From the human T2T-CHM13v2.0 reference genome, Homo sapiens, in assembly GCF_009914755.1 (NCBI RefSeq), contig NC_060938.1: a stretch of 64,000 bases of DNA; one strand, given 5' to 3'. Under the pieces are notes generated by a model. It searched no databases. It was not told where the DNA came from and worked only from the letters and a program-made list of their open reading frames with translations. A program made the translations under genes and the position numbers. Shown one piece after another: positions 36,492 to 48,400 of the stretch; the first letter of the stretch is position 1, and every line of letters begins with the position of its first letter.

Positions 36492-38399
36492 TGGAAGAGT
36501 TGCTGAGCGGCAGTGGTGAAGGAGGTTGGAGGCCACTATGGTGACTGTCCCAAGAGTTACGTTGGAGTGTCCTAGGAGTAGAGGGGAAGATGCGGCTGTC
36601 GGCTGGGTGGGGTGCCCTGAGAGGGCCAGCGTGATGCTGGGGTGCCTTGGCGTACATGGGAGGTGTCATCCTATTGGCAGGGCTGGGCCAGAGCCGTGGA
36701 CAGTGCAGGACAAAATGGGGGAATGGGACCTGGGCTCTAGTGGACAGCAGACGGGGCTGGCTCAGGCTAGGCCCAGGGGTCAGAGCAGGCGGGATCCTGG
36801 GGACAGCAGATGCACAGCCCGTATAGATGCCCAGGACTTGCTTCATTTGTGTTAATTACCTTCTTTTGATTTTCCTGATCAATAAATTATCCCGACGTAA
36901 TTGGATTATTTGCATGGCTGGCAAGAGGTCGCTGTGATTTAGCGCCTGGCATCCTGGCAGCTGCGTGGGGTCCCATTCTCTCTGAGCTGTCGGCCTGGTC
37001 CTGTCCTGTGCCTGCAGGATGGGGCTTTGGGGCCTCGGCCTGAACCCTCCTCACCATCCACTGTACTGGCTGAGTTGGGGCTGCTCCCTTCCACTCTGAC
37101 CGCATCCTTCTCTGCGGCGGCCATCCTCCGTGTGCCTTCAGGGAGCTGCCCTGCCTCCCGCCTCACACCTACCACATCCTCTGCTGGCCACTGGCCTCCC
37201 TGGACGTGAAGTGCAGGCCCTCCGGGCAGCCCTCACAGGCTGGCTGCTGCACCCATCTGGGGCTCCTCTGGTCCTTTGGAACCGGCCTCAGTGCCTCCTC
37301 CCCAGCGAGGCTACTCCCGGCCACCTGGACTCGAAGGACCCCCAACCCTCTGGCTCTCGTGATTTTACTCTTGCCATGGTGATTGCCATGGGAACTGGTT
37401 TGCCTGTAGCTTGGAGGTCAGGGCCCCCGTAGGGGTGTAAGTTCCACCAGGCAGGGAGTCACCCAGCTCTGGCACCCCGTGGAGCACCGGCCCAGGAGGC
37501 TCCCGCTGCCTCTCCAGCCGCTGTGTTTCGAGGTGCTTCCTTCCTTAGCGTTTTTTCTTGGCTTCAGTTGGCGAGCTTGGCAGAGCTTTATCCACCCTCG
37601 TGGAGGTCAGATTTCCCTTTGCCCTGGTAAGTAAAAGGCATGCCCTCCTCTGCACTGTGCCTCTCCCCACCGCCCTTCTCACCCCTAGCGGCTTCCCTCT
37701 GACAGGTATGACCCTCTGTCCCCTGTGGTCTCTGTCCCAAACAGCCCCATTTCTCTTACCCGTGAGGCTACCGGGAGGTCACCACCCCCAGACTTGTCTC
37801 TTCCCTGCGGTCTCAGGCCCAGTGACCCGGGGCGGTCCCGAGGGCAGCCACTGTTCTCCCCGAGGCAGCGGATGAGGGCTCCGCACTTTCCTCTCTGACC
37901 CTGAGCTTTCTCATCCTTTTCATTAGGATCGGGACAGGCCTCTCCTGGGCTGCTGTGGGGACCCCAGCAGATGGGTGTGACACCGAGCCCAAAGAAAGGG
38001 GCTTGGGACACTCTCAGCCCCTCTGGATATAGAAACCACCCCACACATTGTCTGAGCTTGGCCCTTGGGGAGTGACTGAGGTGCTTTTGGCAATTGTGCA
38101 GGGACATAGGAGCCCGCAGGGGCTGTCAGGATGGGCTGGGAGGCTGGCGGCCACCTGCATGTTGACCAGCACCCACAGGGGCCCTTGGGCCTTGCCTTTG
38201 CCAGTTGGAGATTCTCTCTCGCCACCTTCCTCCTCTCTTCCAGCCTCGTCTTAGGGCTGTGGAGGCCCCTCCCTGCCTGGGGCCTTTACAGTATATGCTG
38301 TTTGATCACCCCTACCCCAACCTGCCTCCATCTCCAACCTGCCCCGCAGGCCCCTGTGTCCCCTCGTCCCTCCACCACCGTGCCCTGCACACCCCCAGC

Positions 38400-39350
38400 C
38401 CAGGCTTTGCCCAGAAGACAGTACACTTGTTTCCAGAACCCGGATCAAGAAATAGAATGTTTCTCACCCCCAAAGCCCCCATACCCCAACCTCAGAGGCA
38501 TCCGCTGTTTCAACTTCCTACACTGCAGACAAGTTTTCTCCCGCTTTTGACTTCCGTCAGATGGACCATACAGCGGGGGCTTCCCCAGGTCTGGCTTCCT
38601 TCACTCCACGTTGAGCTGTGAGCGTCAGTCATCCTGTTCATACAGCAAATGTTTATTCACATTCGTCGTTCGCTGCATCCCTTTATGACTACACGCCGGC
38701 TTTGTATCCAGCCGCCCATCCGTGGACACTTTGGTTATTTCTGGTTTCTGGAATTGGAAGCAGTTATAAACACCTTTTACGTGTGTCTTTTGGCAAAAAT
38801 GCATATGCACTTCCATTGGGTCTCTATCTAAGGGGGGAAAAGCAGGGCAATCGTACATATGCAGGTTCAGTGTAACAAATGCTGCCAAGCAGTTCCACAG
38901 GGCATGTGCCCCAAACACACACCTCATGTCCTCCTTGCACGGGACATTTTCTCTCTTCCCTTTTGGCCATTCATTTTAGAGGGGGTGTCCCATCGTCATT
39001 ATAGCTCACATCTTCCTGCTAACTAAGGAAACTTAGCATTTTATTGTTCATACATTTAGTGGGCATTTGGATATCTTACTGTGCGAGATGTCAGTTCAAA
39101 TATTTTGCCTATTTTTCTATCTATTTGTCTTGCTCCAGTTTTTAAAGGATTGATGTGTTGGGCTTTTTAAAATCTAGATATGAGATTTTTGTCAGAGATA
39201 TGTATCACAAATGACATCTCTTAGTTGTCTTTTCCTTCTCTTAACAATATCTCTGATGAACAGAAGTTCTTAATTTTAATGTGGTCCAGTTAATTGATCG
39301 ATTTTTTTCTTTATGGATAATGCTGTTTGTGTCCCATTTAAAAATGTTTA
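38400..39350 (-). mobile_element. L1ME-type 3' region, antisense
   Basis: 'cggatcaagaaatagaatgtt...ctggcttccttcactccacg...tggacactttggttatttctggttt...tgatgaacagaagttcttaattttaatgtggtcc'. Confidence 0.75.
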
Positions 39351-39379
39351 GAATTCTAAATCCTCTCAACACTGGGATG

Positions 39380-39780
39380 ATTCTGAACTATGCTTCTGAC
39401 TTGTGATGTACTTTCTGTCCTTTGTTTCAGCAGCAACTCGTCAGGCAGGGCTTTTATTTCCTCATAGAAATCATTGATCAGAATATCAGACAATACAGGA
39501 CTGATGTCAGAGTCCTGGGGGATGCTGGAGACCCCCCTCCAGGGTGACACCAGGTCATTAGCTAACTCCCTTTGTCTATAATTGTATATAACAGACACAT
39601 TCCACCTAACAGATCATCTGGGATGGATTTCCCATTTCATCCTCAAGGATAACACAGCAGACCTTGCAAATGCCTGCTGAAATCACAATCACACGTCCCT
39701 TGTCTGCCAGTCTAAGGACCATGACAAGGAAAGACAATGATGTTAGTCTCACATGATCACCTCTTGGAAAACCTGTGTAG
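39380..39780 (-). mobile_element. L3/CR1 LINE reverse-transcriptase relic
   Basis: ORF 39356..39598 gives 'RQRELANDLVSPWRGVSSIPQDSDISPVLSDILINDF', a decayed CR1-RT motif ([32 protein letters not shown]). Confidence 0.8.
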
Positions 39781-39937
39781 TCAGAGGGGGAGGGTGCGGG
39801 GGCTTACCAGTGCTTGTGAAGCACGCTGGATTTTCCGCTCTTCTCTGGGGCTCCATGTGCTCTGAGTTCTGATATTTTAAGAAATTGGCAGGGGCACTTC
39901 AAATCCAAGAGCAGGCGCCCCTGACTCCGTGGAGCCA

Positions 39938-39950
39938 GTTGCCTAGCAAC
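39938..39950. promoter_or_regulatory. RFX X-box motif
   Basis: GTTGCCTAGCAAC fits GTNRCC(N0-3)RGYAAC; CRE/AP-1-like TGACATCA at 39960-39967. Confidence 0.5.
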
Positions 39951-40169
39951 TGCCTCTCATGACATCATCACCAGCAATAGTCTGGGTACCCGAGACCCAG
40001 AGCAGTGAGCTTTCAGGGGAGGAAAGAGGGCCATGCAGAAAGAGAGGAAGGGAGGATCACTGCTGACTGGCCGGTGAAGGCCAGCAGGGCTTCCTAGAGG
40101 TGGTGGGATTTGCTGTGTGCTTAGGGCTGGGTTGAAACTCAGCAGAGATAAGGAAAGTGTTTCAGGCTT

Positions 40170-40460
40170 TTGAACATGAACAAACCCTTGCTGTATGAAC
40201 AGGATGATTGATGCTCACAGCTCAACGTGGAGTGAAAGAAACCAGACCTGGGGAAGCCCCTACTGTACAATTCCATCTGACTAAAGTCAAAAGTGGGAGA
40301 AAACTGGTCTGCAGTGTAGGATGTGAAAACAGTGGATGCCTCCGAGGTTGCGGTACAGGCAGCTTTAGGGTGAGGAATGTGAAATTTCACTCTTTTGTGA
40401 AAACCCTTCATCCCTCTGGTCTGTGCATTTTTGTGTGTGTGCCTGACACTTTAATCTGAA
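40170..40460 (+). mobile_element. L1ME/MC 3' end fragment
   Basis: 'gagtgaaagaaaccagac...tactgtacaattccatctgactaaagtcaaaa...ttgtgaaaacccttca...tgtgcattttt'. Confidence 0.65.
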
Positions 40461-41001
40461 GTTCTGTTAGGGACCGAGGAGAGCTGTTTTGACTGGGACA
40501 TGTGAACTAGCACAGACTTTCCGTCATGTCACAAACAACTACAGAACTGAAGAAAAGATACAGAGTGATGTTTTTGGATAGCGGACAGCAGGCAGTGCAG
40601 GACTGAGGTCCCTGAGAAGAGGGAGGCTGATGAGGCCAGCCCTATGAGTGTCCCATTTCCCGCTCAGGGGCTCTGCCCAGAATGCACCACAGGACCAGGG
40701 GCCCCCAGTGGAGTGCAGTAGATTTGCTGAGTTGAGAAGATACAAACTCAGGTTCAGGGAAGTGGCCAGGATTTGTGGGGAAGAGCACCAAGGAGCAGGG
40801 CTGTGTGATGGAATGGCTGGGGTATCTGCACAGGGCTCCCTCGAGCCTGTTCTAATGCTAACCTGTGGTTGCATGGGGTAAAACTCTGCAAGGCCAGGCA
40901 ACAGACAGAGGAAAGGAAAAGCTAAGCATTTCCAGAATGGACAGAGCTGGGAGACATTTAAGCTCTGGCCAGCCAGAGAGAGAAACACCCTTTAAAACAT
41001 C

Positions 41002-41365
41002 TGTATTACATTGCTCAGGCTGCCATAACAAAATACCAGACTGGGTGGCTTACACAATAAAAAAATGTGTTTCCTCTCTGTTCTGGAGGATGGGAAATCC
41101 AAGATCAAAGTGCCAGCTGGGTTGGATTCTGGTGAAGGCTGTCTTCCTGGCTCGCAACTGGCCACCTTCTCACTGTGTCCTCACACAGCAGGGGCATGAT
41201 GGGGAGAAAGATCTCTTTCCCTTCTTATAAGGCCACAGTCCCATCAGATTAGGGCCCCACCCTTGGGACTTCATTTAAACCTATAGGCCCTGTCTCTATG
41301 AACAGTCACATTGGGGGTTAGGGCTTCAACATATGAATTTGGGGGACACAGTTTAGTTTATAGCA
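41002..41365 (-). mobile_element. MLT1A-like solo LTR
   Basis: tgtattacattgctcaggctgccataacaaaataccagactgggtggctta...gggggttagggcttcaacatatgaatttgggggacacagtttagtttatagca. Confidence 0.9.
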
Positions 41366-42930
41366 ACACTTGAGACATTCAGCTGAGAATTCAGAGGGCC
41401 ACGACTTAGCAGGAAGATAAACCAGCCCCAGAGTAGAGGCTACACTGGCCCATCCCTAACACAGATGATGAAAAACCAGTCTTGAAGTTCTGATCCTGGC
41501 AGCAGCACATGCCTCCCTGTAGAGCAACCCTTCCAAAGATAGCAGCCGTCAACACTGAACATGAGATGTGAAAATGGCTGACGGCACTGGGGAAGACCTC
41601 GGAGAAAGCAGGCAGATTCTGGAAGGATGTCAGCTCTTAGAAGAAGGGATTGGAACTGAGTAAGGTCCCCATTTTAACAGCTTCTAGCCAAGGGCAGCCC
41701 TGTGTCTACACCATGCAGGTCACAGAGATAGCCTCCAGTCCAGTAGGAAATATGCAGCCTCCCTGGCTTGAAGACAGAGAACAAAGTTTAAGGCAGTCTC
41801 AGCCACAGAAAGGCAAAAAGAATCACTTGCAGAAAGGAAAAAGCCAAAAGGAGGCAGACCCCAAGCCCTGTGCATAAGCTACAACCCAGGACCAGGGCAG
41901 AGCCCAAGGAGCCCTGCCAAGGCTCAGGACTCAGGGCAGATTTGAGCTGCCATCCAAAGGGAGGACTTTTCAGTTCGAATCAAACCAGTTAATTACCTGT
42001 TAAAACAGTGAAAACGGGTACTCTTCAATCCAGAGGCATTATAACACCTGTTTACAAAGTCCAATATCCAATCCAAAGTAACTCAACATATGAGGAAAGA
42101 GGCAAATAGGAACCATTCTCAAACTGAAACCATCCATGGAGACTAATCCCAAAATGACCAAGATGTCGAGCTAAACAGACAAGCATTTTGAAGCTGCTAT
42201 TTCTACAATGCCCAATGACATAAAAGAAAGTATGCTAACAATTACTGAATAGATTGCGCATTGCTGTAGAAAAATAGAAGCTATAAGAAAAAGCCAGGTG
42301 AAAATTCTAGAACTGAAAATGTAAATCTGAAATAGGAACTTCACTGGGCTCAGCAGTAGCATGAAAATGACAAAGAAAAGAAGTTAGTGAACTTGAAGAC
42401 AAATCAACAGAAATGATCCAATTTGAAGAAGAGAGAGAAAGAAGAAAAAAATGTTAAGAGTGTTTTAGGGACTTATGGAATAATCATGGAAGCCTGGCAT
42501 ATGTGATCTTGAAGTGTTAGAGGAGGAGACAGGATAAAATAGGGACTTTTTTTTTTAAATTTTAGAAATCATGGCTAAAAATTACCTGAATTTGTTGAAA
42601 GACACCAGTTTACAGATTTTTAAAGTGTGGAAAACCCAAGTCAATATAAATACAGCGGAAACCATGCCAAAGGCCATTAGAGTGAAACAGATGTAAAACA
42701 TGGACAAAGAAAGAATGCTGGGAACAGCCATGAAAAATGACACAGTACACAGTGGGGACAAGGTTCCAGGGGATGCTGACTTCTTGTGAGAAGGAGAGGC
42801 GGTCAGAAGACAGTGGGAAATAGTTTTATAACACCAACCTGTGCTGTGGGGTTGGAGGGGAGCCCTATAATAGTAAAAACCATTCTTAAAGAGTGAAGGT
42901 GAAAGGAAGAAATGTTCAGATAAAAATAAA

Positions 42931-43144
42931 CAGCTCAGGAGTTTTTGACAAGCCTGACCAACATGGCAAAACCCCATCTCTACGAAAATTAGCTGGGCAT
43001 GGTGGCACATGCCTGTAGTCCCAGCTTCTCAGGAGGCTGAGGTGGGAGGATTGATTGAGCCCAAGAGGCAGAGGATGCAGGAGCTGAGATCCCACCACTG
43101 CACTCCAGCCTGGGCAACAGATCAAGACTGCCTCAAAAAAAAAA
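42931..43144 (+). mobile_element. 5'-truncated AluJ-like SINE
   Basis: Partial left arm + right arm ('gaggctgaggtgggaggattgattgagccc') + poly-A; TSD-like aaaaataaac/aaaagtaaac. Confidence 0.88.
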
Positions 43145-45257
43145 GTAAACCAAAAGAATTCTTCACCAATGAATACGCACCACAAGCAGTGTTGAGGCAG
43201 GTTCTCCCAATGGATGGGAAATAGGGACGTGCTGCCAGATGGAAACCTGGCGCTTTGGTTCCCAGGACGGAGAGACCATGGTGGTTGAGTGAAAAGTACC
43301 CAGCAGGTTTAACAAGGGGAAGAATCTGCACTAATTCTCCCCTGGCTTACCTCCGGCATCACAGGGCCGGTGCCCCAGGGCTCTTTCCAATGCCCAGTTC
43401 GGAGCCCGTGTGCTTCTCATAGGTCTTCAAGGTGGAGGGAAAAGCAAGAGGCCGGGCCCCAGGCAAACCTTGGAACACGCATGTCCATGGCAGGTTGGTA
43501 GAGAACCTGGAGACAGGCTGGTCACACCAGAGGCCGGCTGTGGGGTGTGGGGCAAGGGACTCTGGGGTTTGGGCTTCCAGCGTGGAGCTGGGTCCGGGCA
43601 TCAGTGCCAGCATTACCACCCAGCTGTGCCACCTTAAGCCAATGTCCTCCCCTCTGGGCTTCTGTGTAAATTATAGGGAACCGATGATGGGCTGCGCGGG
43701 CCCTGAGGCAGCTCCAGCGCTGAGAGCCCGGATATGGCCTGTTTGCAGCTCTAGGGTTCTCTGGCTCTTGGAGCCCATGCAGACGAAGGAGCTGAGCAGA
43801 GCAGGTGCTGGGCAGCCATGGTTCTGAGTCTGAGCCTCTGTCTCCTCCGTGGTACTGAGAATTGCTCTCTGCCACCTCCCCGTGTCCCCAGCTATGGTCC
43901 TGCTCTTAGGATGGGTTTGCAGATCCTGGGGGCCCAGGTTGTGGCCGAGGACTGCCCTGTGTCTGGGGTCAGGGCTCTGGCATCCGTGGCCAGCAAGAGG
44001 GGCTTCCCTGCTCCCTGAGCCTCTGCTTCTTTTGGTAGCCACGACCCACTGTGACCGGAGGCTCTTTTAGAACGTGTGTATAACCACCTTCCCTCCCCTA
44101 CATGCTCACACTGGGTCTGGAAACTCCATCTTTCTGCTTCCCCTGACTTCTGCAGTCTGGGTCTGACTGTCTTGAGGGCCCTGCTTGCTAGAAGAGGTGG
44201 AATGGGATGGCTCGCCATAGCCTGAGGTGGCCGAGGAGCCAAGGTTGGTGGGGGCATGAGGGGTGTAGGAATCCCCCTCCCACCAGTGGTGCCCAGCCCA
44301 GGCACAGACCCCGTCAGTGTTGGATGGGGGTGTACAGTTCTAGGTCTCTGAATCGGACTTGGCTCTGCAGCCTCCCTCCTGGCTCAGCGCCCCCAGAGCA
44401 GAGCCTTCCCCCAGCAGAGAGGGTGTGAGGGAGGACAGTGACAGTGCAAAGGGGAGCTGGTGGCCCAGGAGTGGGGGGGGCACATGGGGGAGCTCCCCTC
44501 TCCTCCCCAGCCCCCACCTGCACCGGGCCTCGCAGCCGTTTGGTCCCTGAAAAGGCCTCCCTGCCCCAGCATGTGAATATGGATGTGTGCCTAAGGACTG
44601 GAGGTGCGGCCCTAATTAGAGCGTGATGACTGCCTCCCGCCGCTGCCGGGAGCCTGGGGCGGGCGTCAAAGGGGAGCAGCCCGCTAATCCCCCCTTCCAA
44701 GGGCAGCATCTGCTCCCCTCCCCTTGTCTCTCTGTCGGCAGCCGTGAGAGCCCTGGCTATTTAATTAGGACAGAAAGTTCCCCCAACCTTGGGAAATGAT
44801 TTAATTTCAATATTTCCTTTGCTGAGCGTGAGATCCTTCCCCACTGCCTGCCCCGTCCTCAAAGGCCTTTCATCTGCAGCCCACCCTCCCCCTGCAGACC
44901 CTCGCACTCCCCTCTCATTCCGGATGTCGGAGCGTTTCCAAGGGATCGCAGGGAGGAGTGAGGCTGGGCTGGGGGTGCTCCCTGGCTGCGTGCCCGGCTT
45001 CAGCTTCGGCTGGGACCAGCTGCTCGAACCACCCCTCCAGCCTGGCCTTCCTGCAAGCACCACCCTCAATGCCGCCCGGAGTGCTAGGCAGGGCCCTCTC
45101 CAGGCATCCACCCAGGCAGGAGCCAGGCCTGCAAAAAGCCCCCATGAAGCCTTGGCCCCAGAGATTGCGCCTCTGTAGCTCTTCCCTGGACGTCGCCACC
45201 TTCACTAACGGGCCTTTGTTATCGTCTTTAATCTGGCCTGACTCATTCTGCCCCCAG

Positions 45258-45455
45258 CATGTGGGTGTCTGCATGTGTGTGTGAATGTGCACATGTGTGA
45301 AGGGGAGCATGCCTACGCCTGTGTGTGCATCTGAGTATGCTGTGTACACGCAAATGTGCATAGTTTTGTGAGTGCATGTGCCCACAGTCTGTGTCAATGT
45401 GCACAAATGTGCGTGTGTGCACGTTTGTGTGTGTGCATGTGTGTGCATGTGTGAG
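45258..45455 (+). repeat. Degenerate (TG/TGCA)n alternating purine-pyrimidine tract
   Basis: catgtgtgtgtgaatgtgcacatgtgtg...gtgtgcatgtgtgtgcatgtgtg. Confidence 0.85.
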
Positions 45456-48400
45456 CTGAGAGTCCCCTGAAGTCTAAGCCTGCTTTCTCCCAATTCTTTT
45501 TAGACAAGTGGGCGCTCATGTCCTCAGCTGACACATCCAGGGCCAGCTCCAGGCTAGGCACATGGCAGGTGTGGGGTACACTGGCAAAGCAAACATGTAC
45601 ATGCTCAAATGAATGGAGTCAGCCCAGCCCAGGCCTGGCAGGTAGGCAGAGGGGGTGGGTGGTGGTGCTGGGGATGCTAAGATTGCTGGACTTGGGGACA
45701 GAAGGCCCAGTTGTAGTCACTCTGTCCCCTGCTCTTTCCAGACTCAGTGTCCCCATTTGTGCAATCACCTCAATCCCAGAGATCAGTGCCCTGTGCACAG
45801 CTGGGAAAGCCAGGTTAGCAAGGATTTCTCGTGACCCTGGGGAGCCGGCCCAGCCCCCAGGATGGTCCTCGGCCTGATTTCCTCCAGCAACGCCTCCTCA
45901 CAGCCCCCTCCCTGAGCTGGTCTTCACCCTCACTCTCCAGCCACTCTCCTCCTTCGTCCTGTCCTCTCCCATTTAGGACAAAGATCAGCGTCATCCCAGC
46001 TCTCAGCTGGGAGGGCCTCAAGCCCAGGCACAGGAGGCGGCTAATGAGAGGTATCAGCTGGGCGGCTCTGCCAGGAAACTCGCCGCCCTGAGCAATTTCT
46101 TAAAAGGAAAATTCTAACCTTAAAGAGTCCTTTGAACACGTTGTGAATGAACAACGGACTCGGTGGAGTTGGTTCCTCAGAATTACTGGGAGATGGAGGT
46201 TACAGAAAAGAGAAGATTGATTTCCATTTGGTCTCCTGAATATATTTCCTGAGTTCTTAAGGAGCTGTTTATCACGCCTCACACTGAGGGCGAGGTGGGA
46301 ATCCTTGGCTAACAAATTATGATCACTGTTATTCTCCCTCCCCTACCCATCCCCCACACGAGAATTTATGCATTTTCCAGACAAAACGTGCTTTCGCAGA
46401 GAGGCACTGGGTCGTCCTCACCGCAGTCAAGTATCGACAGTATTGATCAGACGCTCCCCGGCTAACAGGCACCAATGAGTCTGTGCCGCCCACGGTGATG
46501 TTCTGGCGGCTCGTGGGGACCCCACCCACCGTCAGCCTAGCTTATGGTCCCCGTGCCTCCTGACCCCACCTAAAGATGAGCCCCAGCAGGGGCCCTTTAG
46601 TGCATATTCATTCCCTGTTGGTCCACTCGCCAGCCAGGCGCTGTGCCAGCACGGGCTTAGAACACCAGTCACTCAGAGGACGCTCAATGCATGCGTGCAT
46701 GAACGAGTGAGGGTGTGAATGAATGAATGAGTATAGGTGTAGTTTGAAATAGAGCTGGAAACAGAAAGCCAGGGCCACGTGAGGGGAACTGCTCCAGCTT
46801 GTTGGAGATGGCCCTTTTGATCCCCAGGACAGGAATCTGACATTGATCACCCCAGAGACCCCTCTCTGGGCCTCCTGTCAGGCTCCCGGAGGTCCCGTGG
46901 GCCAGGCGGGCCTCCTCTCTCTGTCCCCCCAGTGATGGCACTGGAAGGGCTCTGAGGACGGCTGAACAAGGACGCATGACTCTGCTGTCCAGAGGCACCG
47001 CTGGCTCCTGGTGAGGAGCTTGGAAAGCAAATTTGCATGGAACTTTGAGAATTGCTTTCTTTCTGTTTTATGAAATCCTTCTCTAAATGTCTGCATATTG
47101 CTCTCCTGAGGGATAGAGGGAGAAAAATAGCAATTAAAGTCTTGTCATCCGACTTGTTCAGGCCGTTAAGTTGTTCAATCTTGCATAAGAAATCTGCTAG
47201 TGTGCTTAAGTGGGAGGGAGCACCTGGAGCCGGCTGTAAATGTAAATCAATATGTAATGATATGCGCCCAGGCTGCACGGCCTGTCACTTGCGGGCGCAA
47301 CCACCAGGGGCCCAGGTGTGTCCTCCGTGTGCGCCTGGTGGAGCCGGGCCTGGGCCCTTCTGCCCGCAGTGGTCTAAGCAGACGGAGAGAATGGTCCCAT
47401 GTGGGCACACCCTGTGGCGCGGCCTCTGAGCCATCTCCCTCTTCACCAGTCTTGCTGGGAAGTCCAGATGAATCACATTTGGAAGAAGCTACTTGCTGGG
47501 CCATTGGCCTGGACAAACACAACGGCATTCCTGGGCAGCATGGCCAGGGCGTGGGGGCTGCGCCAAAGTGCCAGGCCGCCCCCTCGCAGCCCAGCAGGGT
47601 CGGGTGGTGGTGAGTCCAGGCCCCGGGCTCCGATGGGAGATCGGATGGGGCGGGCTTGCCACTGACAGACAGATGTAGAGCCGGGCAGGTGGGCAGGGGC
47701 AAGCCTGGGTCTTTGAGGTGCGGCAGATGTGAACATCCCATTTTCCAGAGGAGGAAGGGGAAGCAGAAGCGCCCTGTGCCCCTGAGGTCCCTCTCTGCTG
47801 CCTCCCGGACAGCTGTCCGTGGCAGGCTGGGAGCCAGGCCTGGTCCTCACTTTATGTCCCCATTTTATGGCGTCTCAGGAGAAGGATATAAAGCTGGGGA
47901 GATTCATCCCCTTTGCAAGAGGTTCATTTATTTTGACACTTGTGGTTTAGTTTCAATTATTTATCATAACACTAGAGAGGGCCCTGATAAAAGCACCCAA
48001 GTGTGTTTAACAGCAGCCACGGTGAGGGTGACCAGTGGAGCAGGCACTTGGGGAAGGCCCCTGGGGACCAGGGCAGGAAGGTGTGGGTGGGAGGGAGCCC
48101 CTGGTCGAGGGAGCCCGCATGGGCTGGACGGCACTGGGGTTTTCCTCTTGGCTGGAAACACAGGAGGTGAAGGAGATACGCTCCAGCGTGCTTGGAAATG
48201 ACAACTTGTTCCAGTGCTGTCTGCAGAGCCAGATGGCAGCCAGGAACCTGGCGATGGGATTTTAGGAGCGAAGCTTCCTTCTCTTCAGTGGATACAGTTT
48301 TTCCACCTGCTTGAGCTTGAGCGCCAAGTGGGAAGGCCCAGCCCCTCGGCTTTGGTGAGATTCCCTCAGCCTGTGGCATCTGCACTATCTGGGCACCCAC

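Larger units (their letters stand above)
40490..43225 (+). mobile_element. Old L1M 5'UTR + ORF1 relic with MLT1A and AluJ insertions
   Basis: A-rich ORF1-like text ('aaaattctagaactgaaaatgtaaatctgaaata', 'gttagtgaacttgaagacaaatcaacagaaatgatccaatttgaagaa'). Confidence 0.75.

Noticed and set aside
35873-36846. ORFs with 12-aa repeats (GDGVREEPLTGR)
   Set aside because: Translation of the 36-bp minisatellite.
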